The notes beneath the pieces are model-generated. The model did not search any database. It saw only the letters and a list, made by a program, of their open reading frames with translations, and was not told the DNA's origin. This document shows, piece by piece, positions 37,183 through 50,266 of a stretch of 64,000 bases of DNA; the first letter of the stretch is position 1, and every line of letters begins with the position of its first letter. The DNA lies in the NCBI RefSeq assembly GCF_963921235.1, contig NC_086097.1, positions 208,570,001 to 208,634,000 on the forward strand, read 5' to 3'. The DNA is from Mobula hypostoma (taxonomy: Eukaryota). The position numbers were made by a program, and so were the translations under genes.

Positions 37183-37594
37183 CACTGAAAGAGAAGAGAC
37201 TCATGGAAAATCAGGACTGAGAAGAATCAAGGGGAAGGGGAAGGACTGCCTTAAGAAAGGCAGAGGAAATGGGTAATGGCATCTGAACTAACCCCGTGCA
37301 TGTGTGCACACGCCTATGTGCTGACATACACTTATGCATGTGTGTGTGTGTATGATGTGTGTTTGTATTAATGTCACATAGCACAGCCTGGTTTACTTGG
37401 AACACCCTGCCACTAGATCGAGGCTTTTAAGCACATGGGTGCAAAGTGTATCCTATATTTTTAAAAAAAGGTCAAGCACAGCTAACTTTCTTAGCTTAAT
37501 GAGATATCGGTACTTTTTGAAACATATAGATGGAGTACTCTTCTTGGGGCATACTGTGAACAGGTTGATCCCAAGCACATTAAATGTAATTGGA

Positions 37595-37910
37595 GCTGCA
37601 TACTGGATGGCACAATCACTTTACAGCGCCAGCATTCAGCAGTCGGGTTTCGACTGGCACCCCTGAGTTTGTACATTTTCCCTGTGACCGCATGTTTCCT
37701 CCAAATGTTCCGGCTTACTCCCACATTCCAAATTCCTACGGATCAGGGTGAGTAAGTTATGGGTATGATATGTTGGTGCTGGTATCATGACAACACTTGC
37801 AGTTTAACCCCCCCCCCCACCACCAGCACAATCCTTGCTGACCTGACTTGATGCAAATGATGCATTTCATTGCATGTTTCGATGTACATGTCACAAATAA
37901 AGCTATTCTA
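37595..37910 (+). mobile_element. HE1/V-SINE-like SINE
   Basis: TTTACAGCGCCAG..GGGTTTCGACT..GAGTTTGTACATTTTCCCTGTGACCGCATGTTTCCTCC core. Confidence 0.65.
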
Positions 37911-38877
37911 TAGTAAAGATAGATCTTTATCTGTAAATAGGGAGTGACGATTTGCAGACTTGGTTTTGCCTTTTAGATGTTAAAAAGGCTTTGGAAAATT
38001 AGAGATCTGTTACTTACCTACAGCATCTGACCAGCCCTCATAGTCACAGTTTTTACATGGTTGGCCCATTCAAGTTTACGCTCTGTGATAACCCAAGAAT
38101 GTTGTTGGGGTTTCGGGGGGTGGGGGGAAGCAATGCAAGTAATCTGTTAGACTCCATTTCTGGTGATGTCATTGCGTGAGACTCGTATTGTTTAAATGTT
38201 ACTTGTCACTTATCAACTAAAATGGAAAATTGTCCAATTGCAACTTTTCACACACCATACTGATACTACTACAGCCAGCTGCAGAGCTGAGAGTGACAAA
38301 TAAGGTCTGACACTGCAACATCACTGATAGATAAATCAGTCTGGTATCCAGAGTTGTGTAAGCTTTAATTCATGAGTTTTAACTCAAACACATCTGTAGT
38401 CAGCAGTCTCTGTTCTGGGGCAATTGAACTTCATTGAGCTGGCCACATTACCTGCAGAGGGAGTTTACTCTCGTGTTCATCAATGCTGTCTATGTCCCCC
38501 GGGCACGAATACCAAGAATGAGCTGGGAGAACTTTACAGTACTGTCAGCTTTCTTCAAAGCAAGCATCCAGGTGGGCTCTTCATAATTGCAGACTTTAAT
38601 CATGATAATCTGCAGGACATTTTACTCAAATTTCACCTACATGTCACCATGGCCACGAGAGGAACAAACAGAGTTGACCAGGTTTATACAAACAGGCATG
38701 CTACTTACAGTGCCATTGCAAACCCTCATCTTGGCTCCTCTGACCACATCTCCATAATGTTAATCCCAGCATACCAATTGCTGCTGAAAATGGAGAAACC
38801 AGTCAAGGGGGTTATCTCTAATGATGTTCAAGGAGGATTGCACAGATGGAGAAGGCACAGACCTTGAGGAATATGCC

Positions 38878-39044
38878 TCACAAACAGGAGAAAATGGGCA
38901 GACGCTGGAAATCCAAGCAACACACACAAAAAGCTGGAGGAACTCAGCAGGCCAGGCAGCACCTATGGAAAAGAGTACAGTCGATGTTTCAGGCCGAGAC
39001 CCCTTCATCAGGACTGGAGAAAAAAAGACGAGCAGTCAGAGTAA
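38878..39044 (-). mobile_element. 167-bp solo Penelope terminus with hammerhead, inserted in Rex1
   Basis: Interrupts EEYA|TSVI; GCC on both sides; same terminal sequence as 43616 and 58790. Confidence 0.85.
38979..39015 (-). ncRNA. Minimal hammerhead ribozyme
   Basis: Minus strand AGTC-CTGATGA-AGGG..CCT-GAAAC-ATC-GACT. Confidence 0.75.
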
Positions 39045-42000
39045 GCCACATCTGTCATTGTCTACATCAGTTTTGGTACCTCAAGAACAGTCATTTCGCA
39101 CCCCAGCCAGAAGCCTTGGCTGACCATGGAGGTGTGCTCCCTACTAAAAGACCTGGATGTTGCCTTCAAGTCTGGTGACAGATTAGCTCTCAAAGCAGCC
39201 AGGAGAAAGCTCATCTTAGGCATCACAAGGGCTAAGAGCAACTTCACTCAAAAAAATTCAGGAACACCTGTCTGATAAAGATCCCCGGCATATGTGGCTA
39301 GACATCCAGGGCATTATTGACTGTGCGAGGAAAAATAGTATTGACTGTACCAGTGACACCTCCCTCTCTGACACTCTGAACAACTTTTATGCACGCATGG
39401 AGGTATGCAACACAATGCTGTCCACAAAAGCTACTCCTCTCTAAGGTGAGCAGCCACTCTCGGTAACAGCAGTAGATGTGAGAAGGACTCCGATGAGATT
39501 TAACCCCTGTAAGGTACTTGGGCTAGAAAACATCTCAGGCCAAGTACTCAGGGAGTGTGCACACCAGCTCACTGATGTCTTGACGCACATCTTCAACACA
39601 TCACCCATTCAGGCTGCTGTTCCCACATGCTTCATCAACCACCATCATCCCTTCAGAACTAAATGACTATCACCCAGTGGCATTGATGCCAATCTTCATA
39701 AAGTGCTTTGAATGGCTGGCACATATCTAAAACTCCATTCTTGCCACATTGGACATACCAATATGCATAATGACAGAACCACTCTATACAGTTGCCATGT
39801 AACATCTGTAATGCAACTAGCCCTGACACACCCTGAAAACCGGGACACGTATCAGAAGGCTGTTCTGGATTTCAGTTCACCATTCAACACTATTGCCCCA
39901 CAGACCTTTGTGAACAAGCTCCTACTCTTCAGTTTAAATATACTATGGTGCAACTGAGTGTTGGACTTCCTGACCAACAGACCTCAGATAGAAATGATGC
40001 ACAACTGCTCCTCCCTCCCCACCACCTTTAACACCAGTGCCCCCAGGGCTGTGTGCTGAACCCATTGCTGTAAACTCCACTCACGTTGTCTGCACAGCCA
40101 AACACCCAAGTAATCTCATCATTAAGTTTACCAATAGCACAACAGTGGCGGGGCTCATCACCAACAATGATGAGATGGCCTACAGAGAGGAGGTGGAACA
40201 GCTCGAGGCTAGGTGCCAGGCAAATAACCTCTTCCTCACTGTCAACAAGACAATGGAGATGGTTATTAACTTTAGGAGACCTCACAGTACTCATAACCCT
40301 CTTTACATTGACAGCAAGCAGCTTCAAACTCTTGGGAGTGCACATCTCACACAACCTCTCATGGTCTCAGAACACATTCTATGCAATCAGGAAAGCTCAT
40401 TAATGCCTCTACTTTTTAAGGAGGCTGAAGAGAGCTGGCTGTACATATCTATACTCACGTCCTCCTACACATGTGCAGTAGAGAGCATCCCGACAAGCTA
40501 CATCACTGCTTGGTACAGAAACCGTACTGCAGCAGACGGGAAAGTTCTACAACGGGTAGTCAAAACTGTCCAACACATCACCGCCACAAGCCTACCCACT
40601 ATCAAGGACATACATACAGAAAGGTGCCAGAAAAGGCCAGTAACATGATGAAAGATCTCACCCACCCTGCTCATGGACTGGTTTGACCCACTCCCATCAG
40701 AGAAAAGACTACACAGTATCCAATCCAGGACCACCAGACTCAAAAATAGTTACTTTCCCCAAGAAGTAAGGCTGATCAACCCCTTCATCCACTAACCCAT
40801 GTCTCCACACCCCCAACCACCACAACTTTATCATTTCCTGTCAGTCACCTTATGTGCAGACACTCCTGTGCCTAGTGTCACTTCATGGACATACAGACTA
40901 TCTATCTCTATGTGTGTGTGTATATATATGTACACACACATGTACACATATATATAGGCAATCTTATGTATATATATTTATTGTGCTTTCTTTGTTATCA
41001 TTGTGTTCTTTACCTTGTGTGTGTGTTTTTTTGTGCTGCATTGGATCCGGAGTAACAATTATTTTGTTCTCCTTTACACTTGTGTACTGGAAATGACATT
41101 AAACAATCTTGAGTTTGCATTGTTCTGTGCTGTCTAAACGGAATGCTGCAACGTATACTGAGTCAAGCTATGGCTAATGAAAGAAGCCACGTCTCTCTGT
41201 GCATGACAACATACTTTTGTCATTATCTACAATTTCCTGGCATTGAAAAAATGTAGAAAAATAAAAGGTGGAGCGTACAGTATTTACTCAACTCATACAA
41301 AAGCTCAGACGGAACTTTGGCAATGATCACAAATCAAATAATAATTAGAAATATGCAAGAAGAGCATGTTAAAAATGAACTCTTAGCTAATCAAGACTAT
41401 AATGTTTGCCTTCTACTATAAGGAAGAACAAACGTACATGGTGATAAAATTATTTGGTGGGGTGGTGGGGAGGGGTTGAGGTCATGCTGAAAAAATTTAA
41501 CTATTGATTTATATTCAAATATATTTTACAGTGAACGTCATTAATTTAAGTTAAAGTTTAATTTTCATTCAACCATACATGAACACCCATGAATGTGGTT
41601 AAATGAAATATCATTACTCCAGGGCAAAGGTGAAAAACATATTACCCACAGGCATACACAGCACAAGGCACGTACAGCACATATATAAGAGAGCAGTAAA
41701 ATACAGTCACACAAAAAGATATAGTCCGAGGATGTTGCAGCAGTCTGTAGTCAAACACATGACAACTTGTCCTCTACTGAGCGAACGTATGGAATGTAAA
41801 AGGTTGGCCACCCCTGGTCTATAGGCTCCAGTTTTAAAATGCATTAATGTGAGGAGCTATATTCTATCATTTTAATATGGCTTGCTTCTTTTAATTCATC
41901 TTCAAATCCTTAGTGGAAAAGCCATGAGGAACCTAAAGGCAGATACTGAAGGCTAGATATACATGCACCCTTTTCAAATATGTAAATTCTTTAAAAAAAA

Positions 42001-42059
42001 TTTGTGATCCTCTCAGCATGAACTCGTACAACAGTGTATTAAGATGAAATAAAGCATGC

Positions 42060-43390
42060 TTGTTGTGCCAACCGCACTGGCAGTCTAGCAAGTCTGAGCA
42101 TGTTCCTGTACTTCTACTCTCACCATACAGGCAGAGACTGAAGGCCGCAACGCCAGTGGTGAGGATGGAGAAGGTGAGATCAAGGGGTGCGGAGGTGTGT
42201 TTGGAAGACTACTTTGAATTAATGGACTGGAACATATTCAGATATTCATCATTGGATTTGAATGACTATCCTATGGCTGTTACTGACTTAATCAAGACCT
42301 GTGTAAATGAATGTGTGCCTCCGAGAACATACTGAGTTTTCCCAAGCCAGAATCCCCGGATGAACCAGCAGTCGGCTGAGGGCTAGCTCTGCGGTGTTCA
42401 AGTACATCAATCCAGAATTCTACAAAAAGTTCAGGTACAACTTACAAAAGGCCATCGTGTGAATGGAAGAGCAATTCTGTATGAAATTAGAGGCACAATT
42501 AGATCCATGGCAGCTTGGAAAGGCTTGGATTCAATTACTTCCTTTAAGGCACAACCTAACAGCATGAATGGCATGATATTTCACTGCCAACAAGCTCAAT
42601 GCCTTTTTTGCAGACTTTGAAAGGAAGAATAACACTGCATCTACACCTATCCAAATCCCCACAGCATCCAACAACTCTGTCATCTTTGTCTTGGAGGCTG
42701 ATGTCAAAACGTCTTTCAAGAGAGTAAACCCTCATAAGGCACCAAGTCTTGATGGTGAACCTGGCTGGGTACTGCAAACCTGTGCCAGTAACTGGCTGGA
42801 GAGCTGTGGCTTAATGTTCTCATCTGCTTCAAAAGTGCAGTTATCATACCTGTGCCCAAGAAGAGTAAGGTGACCTGTCTCAACAATTATTGACTGGTGG
42901 TACTCACATCCAACATAATGAAGTGTTTCGAGGGTTTTTTTATGGCTGGAATCAACTCCTGCCTGCACAAGGATCTGGACCCACTGCAATTTGCCTACCA
43001 CCATAACTGGTCTACAGCGGATGCATCCTCATTGGCTCCCTACTCTGCCTTGGAGCACACGGACAACGGCAAGGTATCTGTCAGGCTGCAGTTCATTGAT
43101 TACAGCTCAATGTTCAATACCATCATCCCTTCAGTATTTATCACTAAGTTTCTAAACCTGGCCCTCTGCAGTCCTTGAGTTCCTCATCAGAGGACTGCAG
43201 TCGATATGGATTAGTGATACAGTTCTTCTTCAGTGACAATCAACACACCTCAAGGATGTATGCTGAGCCCACTGTTCTACTCTCTCTATACTCAAGTCTG
43301 TGTAGCTGCATACAGCTCAAACAGCATTTATAAATCTTCAGATGACATCACTGTTGTTGGTAAAGTCTCAGATGGTGATGAGGACATGAG
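42060..43390 (+). mobile_element. Rex1/Babar LINE internal remnant
   Basis: SEHVPVLLLSPYRQRLK, DPLQFAYHHNWSTADA, FIDYSSMFNTI, PQGCMLSP, KSSDD. Confidence 0.85.
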
Positions 43391-43615
43391 CAAGAGTGCC
43401 TCCCTGCCTCATGTGGTGTCCCTCTTGATGAATGTCAGTGATTTCATAGAATGGTATTGTGGTTCTGCATCTGTGGATTGGACTATTGCCTTTATGGTCT
43501 ATGGACTTTTTCAGGCTTATGGTTTTTATATTCTGTGTTTTTTATCACCTGTTCCTTTTCTGTTTTGTTGTGCGAGAGGAGGGTGTTTGTAGGTTGATGT
43601 TCTGTTGTTTTCTAA

Positions 43616-44340
43616 TCACAAACAAGAGAAAATCTGCAGATGCTGGAAATCCAAACAACACACACAAAATGCCAGAGGAACTCTGCAGGCCAGGTAGCAT
43701 TGATGGAAAAGAGCATTGTCGACATTTCAGGCCATGACCCTTCATCAGAGCTGGAGAAAAGTTATGAGAAGCTGGAGTAAGAAGGTGGGGGGAAGGGAGG
43801 AAGTAATACAAGGGGCAGGTGACAGGTGAATCCAGGAGAGGGGAAGGAGTGAAGTAAGGAGCTGGGAAGTTGATTGGTGGAAGAGTTAAAGGGCTGGAGA
43901 AGGGGGAATCTGACAGGAGAAGACAGAAGGCCATGGAAGAAAGGGAAAGATGAGGAGCACTAGAGGGAGGTGATGGGCAGGTAAGGAGAGAGGGGGAAAT
44001 GGGAATGTGGAATGGTAAGTGGTGGGTGCCATTACTGGAAGTTTGAGAAATCAATGTTCATGCCATCAAGTTGGAGGCTGCCCAGATGGAATATAAGGTG
44101 TTGCTCCTCCAACCTGACTGTGACCTCATTGTGGCAGTAGAGGAGGCCATGGACTGACATGTCGGAATGAAAATGGGAAGTGGAATTAAAATGAATGGCC
44201 ACTGGGAGATCTCACATTTTCTGGCAGACAGAGCATAGGTGCCCTGTGAAGTGGTCTCCCAATCTATGTTAGTTCTGACCGATATGCAGAAGGCCACACT
44301 GGGAGCACCAGATACAATCGATGACCTCAACATACTCACA
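43616..44340 (-). mobile_element. Penelope-like element 3' end (degenerate GIY-YIG and terminal repeat)
   Basis: VIDCIWCSQCGLLHIGQ; colinear with 160-870 in reverse. Confidence 0.88.
43717..43752 (-). ncRNA. Hammerhead ribozyme, partly degenerate
   Basis: Minus strand AGCT-CTGATGA-AGGG..CCT-GAAAT-GTC-GACA; stem I weakened. Confidence 0.6.
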
Positions 44341-44391
44341 GTACAGGCAACTGGTGTGCAAAAGACAATAAATGTGCAAATGCAAATAAAA

Positions 44392-44452
44392 GTAATAATA
44401 ATAAGAAGAAGAAGAAAAAGAAGAAGAAGAAGAAGAGGAAGAAGAAGAAGAC
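44392..44452. repeat. (AAT)n-(GAA)n compound microsatellite
   Basis: Direct inspection. Confidence 0.9.
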
Positions 44453-44544
44453 AAACCTCATCCAGTTGTAGAGTTAAAATACCACAAATTATATTACGAC
44501 TAATCCATTTTGTTCACATTCAGAGACCAACCTGTTGGTTGGTC

Positions 44545-45387
44545 TCTGAATGTGAACAAAAGAGATGGTTGTTGAGTTCAGGAGGACACGGAACAACCAC
44601 TCTCCACTGAACATCGACGAGTCCTCTATAGAGATCGTTAAGAGCACCATATTTCTTGGTGTTCACCTGGCGGAGAATCTCACCAGGTCCCTCAACACCA
44701 GCTCCATAGCAAAGAAAGCCCAGCAGCGTCTCTACTTTCTGCGAAGGCTGAGAAAAGTCCATCTCCCATCCCCCAATCTCACCACATTCTACAGAGGTTG
44801 TATTGAGAGCATCCTGAGCAGCTGCATCACTGCTTCATTCGGAAATTGCACCATCTCGGATTGCAAGACCCTACAGCGGATAGTGAGGTCAGCTGAGGAG
44901 ATCATCAGGGTGTCTCTTCCTGCCATTACAGACATTTACACCACACGTTGCATCACTAAAGCAAACAGCATTATGAAGGACCCCACGCACCCCTCATACA
45001 AACTCTTCTCCTTCCTGCCATCTGGCAAAAGGCACTGAAGCATTCGGGCTCTCATGACCAGACTATGTAACAGTTTCTTCCCCCAAGCCATCAGACTTCT
45101 CAATACCCAGAGCCTGGACTGACACCATTCTACTGCCCTCTACTGTGCCTATTGTGTTGTTTATTATTTATTGTAATGCCTGCACTGTTTTGTGCACTTT
45201 ATGCAGTCCTGGGTAGGTCTGTAGTCTAGTGTAGTTTTGTGTTGTTTTACGTAGTTCAGTGTAGTTTTCGTATTGTTCATGTAGCACCATGGTCCTGACA
45301 AATGTTGTCTTGTTTTTACTGTGTACTGTACCAGCAGTTATGGTCGAAATGACAATAAAAAGTGACTTGACTTGACTTGACTTGACA
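44545..45387 (+). mobile_element. Rex1/Babar 3' end
   Basis: FLGVHLAENL..KKAQQRLYFLRRL..LPSGKR; (GACTT)n tail. Confidence 0.9.
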
Positions 45388-46553
45388 TTATTTGAGATAG
45401 GACAATCCATAATCATCATTTGGATATAATCATACAGGATAAACAAAGCAAGAACAACTTACCTAATAGATATAGTCATTCAAAAAACTTAACATACAGA
45501 AAATGAAAAACACCAGAAATATGCAGAATTAAAAGAGGAAATTGGAAGAATATGGAACATGAACAGGGAAGCTGGGAGCATTACTCAATTAGGGGAACAC
45601 GCTTTCAGAGAGAATCAGAATTCCCCTCCTTGATGATGGGTATCCTCTTTTACTGCATGCTTGGGACCTGATGCCTTGAAGTTTCCTAGAGAGCCATAGT
45701 AGAGTTAGCAACCTGTTCTCCAGCACTGATCGCGTTCCACAAGAGATAGGTGAAGGCCCCACCTGCATGGGCTTCTCTGTGGACTGTGTATTGGGTGGCA
45801 AGAGAGGGGGTGAAGACAAGTGGTGATCTGACTACTAGGGCTTTTCTCTCTGTGCCACTTAGCTGCCTGATTGTCCATTCAAATTGCCAGATTTCTCAAG
45901 TCATCCCGGCTGTCCTGTTCATTATGTACTCCATTTCATGCCAGAACCCTGTGTTTAGCCCTTGCTGGAAAGCGATGATGAAGGATCTCTTGTTCCACCC
46001 AGTCTCAACCACAAGAGTGTGAAACTTTACTGCTCGGTTCCTCACTGTCCATCTCCCTTGGTGCAGGTCCAGGAGCTGGTGGGCAGGCAGCCTCCTGTGT
46101 ACTGGAAATTCAAAAACTCTCTTGAACTTGACTACAAATTGCTGGAAAGACTGGGCGGCGTAGGAACCTTGTTCTCAGAGGGTGTTGAACAGGTTGAGTA
46201 GGGATCTGACTAAGAGATTCACCATGTAAGGCAGTTTATGTGTATCATCAATGAACTAACCTGTCTGGGCCTAGAAAATCAGCTCACACTAGGGTAATAA
46301 AATTCCTGCACCCCTCAGGGTCACCAGAGTATCTGCCTGCTGGAGGAAGCAGTTTACATCCAGAAGCAGCCAGAGGGATCAGGGCATTAGAGGCTAAGGC
46401 TGATGAGACTGTTATAGAGGAGGAGGTAGGAGATGCCAGTGCTGGAAGTGGGACTGCCCTGGCAAAAGGCTGCTGGATAGTTGCAGCTTGAGCTGTAATG
46501 GCTGCCACATGATTCTGGCTGTCTGTGCTGAGTTGATAAACTGTTGTTACTAG

Positions 46554-47168
46554 TGTACGGGGTCTTTCTTTTTTGTATGTTAAATTTAAAATGGCTTCTT
46601 TGTTATGTTATACTTGGGAATGCTTCTTTGTTATGTTAAATGCTGAGAAAGTCTCTAGCTAGACATTTGCTTGGGTTAATACAGACAGCAGGGTGCTATT
46701 AGCCAATGGGTGTTCATGTATCGTTTTTTTCGGATGATAATCCGGTCTCATATGACTGGGGATGGGGTTTTGGTGTGGGGGGGGAGTCGGAGGAGAGACG
46801 GAGAGGACGGCGGATGTGCGGAAAGGCTCTGGTCGATCACTTCGGGTGGTCCCGAGCCATGAGTCGACATGATCCGGGTGGTCGTCAGGAATCGATTGAG
46901 CTCCAGCAGTTGTGCGTGAAGAACTTGGATTTTGATAAGTCTTGGCGCCTTTTTTTTCATTATTTCCTTTTCTGTATCGAATTTATATTAATGTCATAGA
47001 ATTAGTAATATCTATAAAGTGTACTTGGTAAAACATACTGGGTGTGCTGGCTGATGATTGATGTTTGGGATTGATTTGGGCGGCAACCGACCCCGTGGGA
47101 AGCGTTGAGGCAGATGCTGGGTGGGATTTCCCCGAGACATATATGAGCCAATATAACTGAGTGTTACA
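46554..47168. mobile_element. Solo LTR (615 bp)
   Basis: TGTA...TACA termini with 4-bp TSD CTAG (46550-46553, 47169-47172). Confidence 0.85.
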
Positions 47169-47321
47169 CTAGTGTTAAAATCTGTCCGTCCTTCTTGGAT
47201 AGGGCTTGCCACTCTGAGAATAGCTGTCGCACTGTGTGAGCCATTTCTGCCAACCCAGCCTCCGATTGACCAATGAAATTTGGGGTGAGCTGGGTTTGTT
47301 GCTCCGAGAATAGTTGTTGTA

Positions 47322-48003
47322 CTGCATGAATGACCTGACTTGGTCCAACCAAGCAGAGTTCACTGCCAAGAAGGCCCACCAGCACCTTTACTTCCTGAGA
47401 AAGCTAAAGAAGTTTGGCCTGTCCCCTAAAGCCCTCACTAATTTTTATAGATGCACCGTAGAAAGCATTCTTCTAGGGTGCATCACAACCTGGTATGGAA
47501 GTTGTCCTCTCCAAGACCGGAAGAAGCTGCAGAAGATCGTGAACGTGGTGCAACATATCACACAAATCAATCTTCCGTCCTTGGACTCACTTAACACTGC
47601 ACGCTGTCAGAGCAGTGCTGCCAGGATAATCAAGGACATGACCCACCCAGCCAACACACTTTTCGTCCCTCTTCCTTCCGGGAGAAGGCTCTGGAGCTTG
47701 AAGACTTGTATGGCCAGATTTGGGAACAGCTTCTTTCCGACTGTGATAAGACCGCTGAATGGATCCTGACCCAGATCTGGGCTGTACCCTTCAAATATCC
47801 GGACCTGCCTCTTGGTTTTTGCACTACCTTACTTTCCCTTTTCTATTTTCTATTTATGAATTGTAATTTAAATTTTTACTATTTACTATCGATTTGTATT
47901 CCAGGGAGCGCGAAGCACAGAATCAAATATCGCTGTGATGTTTGCATGCTCTAGTATCATAGTATCTAGTATCGTAGTTTGGCGACAATAAAGTAAAGTA
48001 AGG
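47322..48003 (+). mobile_element. Rex1/Babar 3' end, well preserved
   Basis: ORF 47314-47769 DLTWS..KKAHQHLYFLRKL..NSFFPTVIR; AATAAAGTAAAGTAAG tail. Confidence 0.9.
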
Positions 48004-48329
48004 TCACTTATGCCAACCTAGCCTCCACTGACTTTAACTTCTCTCTTACCTGACCAATGAAATTCAGGGCCAATTCCAGCTGTTCTCTCTCCGCTGGGTC
48101 CACTTTTGTGGTCAAGTCTTGTTGACAAGGGTTCACTGATGGCCTAAGGGCAGAGAGAGAGAGAGAGAGAGAGAGGAGGTCTCGGAATGAACGCTTCTTT
48201 CATTCTAATTAGAACGGTACAGAAAAGGGAAATTAATAAATGCTAGGCCAATGCGGCCACTAAATAAAAACTCACACTGTCACCGTGGCTTGAAAGCAAT
48301 AACCCTGAACTAAATTTATAGTCCTCTTT

Positions 48330-49350
48330 CCCACTGCTACCTGTAAGGAGTTTGTAAGTTCTACCTGTGACCAGGTGAACTTCCTCTTGGTGCTCCGGTT
48401 TACTTCCACAGTCCAAAGATGTATCGTTGGTAGGTTAATTTTTCATTGTAAATTTCAATAGCTTTCAATAGGTATATTTAATGTCAGAGAAATGTATATA
48501 ATATACATCCTGAAAATTTTCTTCTTTGCAAACGTCCACGAAAACAGAAAATTGCCCCAAAGAATGAATGACAGTTAAACCTTAGAACCCCAAAGCCCCC
48601 CCCCAGCTCCCCCCCATGCACAAACAGCAGCAAACCAATGACCCCCTCCCCCAGCAGCAAAAAAGCATCGGCACCCCCCACCGAGCATGCAAGCGTGCAG
48701 CAAAGCATCAATAAAGACACAGACGCAGTACCCCAAAGACTACTCATTCATCTGTTATTCAACGTACAACAGGCTCCCTCTCTCTCCTTAATAAGGGAAA
48801 AAGATGTGTCCCTGTTTCACAGCGAGAGGGGAGACATAACAAACAACTCACCAATTTATGGTGTTTAAAGTCTGTTGCGTCACTTCTTCCGAGCTCTGTG
48901 CCCAGAGAACTCGGGTCTCTGGGCACACAACCAGCAGCCAGCTTGCTGCTTATGATCTTCCATTTCCCATGACACATCAGGCGGCAGTGGCACTGGCATT
49001 GAATTTGCCCGTCTCCAGAGCCATGAAAATCCAGCACCCTGAAGGCACGCTAGACTTCCAGGCTGCATCCTTGGCATATCGAAAAGCAACCAGTCGTGAG
49101 GCCCCGAAAATGGGTCCCATTTCTGTGAACAACCGAAGTCAGTGTAACTCCAGATCAGGGTCTTCAAAAGAACCTTGAAAAAGAGAAAAAGAGATACCAA
49201 AGGTAGAAATCGAGCTGTTTCTGAAGATGCAAACAAAGGAGCTGCTGTTAGGCACCATCATCCTCCTAAGCTCCACCCATTTCGGGGATTGCTGGGCAGT
49301 GCAGCTCGTAGCTCCAGAAGGGCCTTATCTGCACCATATCGTAATAATAA
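48330..49350 (+). mobile_element. HE1/V-SINE-like SINE split by the 48456-49270 element
   Basis: GAGTTTGT..TTCT..GGTGCTCCGGTTT..CCACAGTCCAAAGA core; tail GAAGGGCCT..AATAAAT resumes at ~49285. Confidence 0.65.
48456..49270 (-). mobile_element. Non-coding non-autonomous retroposon of a second family
   Basis: Minus strand starts GGAGGATGATGGTGCC (AAGATGGCG-like) and ends ATTAAAT..(TATTGAA) repeats; no coding motif. Confidence 0.6.
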
Positions 49351-50266
49351 ATATATTAACAGTGTATGTCTAAAGCATTGGTCTTCTTTCCTGGAACATG
49401 GGCAAAGGTAAGCAGGGAGCGTTGTTGTCACAGTGCTTCAGTCAAGACTTGACAAGACTGAAATGAAAGGAAGGGAATAAAATACAATACAAAGAAACTC
49501 TAATTGGCTGGAATATGCATTTTCAGATGCCTAATTGCGTCTTCTTCCAGCTGCTCACCTGTGAGGGTGTGCAGACACTGCAGCACAGTCTGTGGTTGTG
49601 ACGGACACCATACATCGATGCAATTATGAAGAAGGTAAACACAGGCTCTACTTCATTACGAGTTTGAGGAGAATTGATAAATCACCAAGGTCTCTTGCAA
49701 ATTTAGAGTCATGGAATTGATACTACACAAATGGAATTCACACATCCCAATGACCACTTTGCTGAATTTTTATTTTGGTTTCTGTATCAAATTCTGCCAA
49801 AACAACCAAAGATGACCTGCAGCCTGTCCTGTTTCACACCCCTCTGGTGTTTTAACATTAGCTAATAAGATTGAAGTGTGCCACCAATCTCTCATCTGGC
49901 TATTTGATAAAAGTTATCTTTATATTGCTAAAGAACTCTGCTAATTATACCAGCTCTCGATGGCTCTCCCAGGCTAATGTCCCCATTGAATCTCATCAGA
50001 TTACTTTTGGACTGCTGAATAAAACCTGCATGAGGGTTTTATTCAGAGGGACATTTGCCACAGAACAGTAAAAAATTAACTATGACTTCTCAGAAGTCCT
50101 GTGCAGTTGTCATTAATCTCAAACACAATATTTACAATTTTAGTTTCATAACTTAATTAAATATATAATGTAATTTGATTACAAATATTTGATTACATAA
50201 CTTGAGACTGCTTTGAGAAGCTAGTATCATATTCCTTCTGATTCACACTGGTTGGACTATGTGTAA

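Larger units (their letters stand above)
38385..41113 (+). mobile_element. Long degenerate Rex1/Babar LINE (APE, RT, 3' UTR)
   Basis: ADFNH, TRG..DQVYTN, GSSDHISIMLIPAY, DFSSPFNTI, PGLCAEP (degenerate PQG), FKLLGVHIS; tail at 41095-41113. Confidence 0.88.
45590..48320 (-). mobile_element. Decayed Gypsy (sushi/chromovirus-like) gag region and partial 5' LTR, interrupted twice
   Basis: GTGGACCCAGCGGAG (MDPAE-like start) near 48100; P.GRYSGDPEGCRNF gag motif at ~46300-46350; LTR boundary TGTTGAC at 48120. Confidence 0.65.

Noticed and set aside
44239..44610. Poly-Arg / poly-Ser ORFs
   Set aside because: Produced by the (GAA)n microsatellite.
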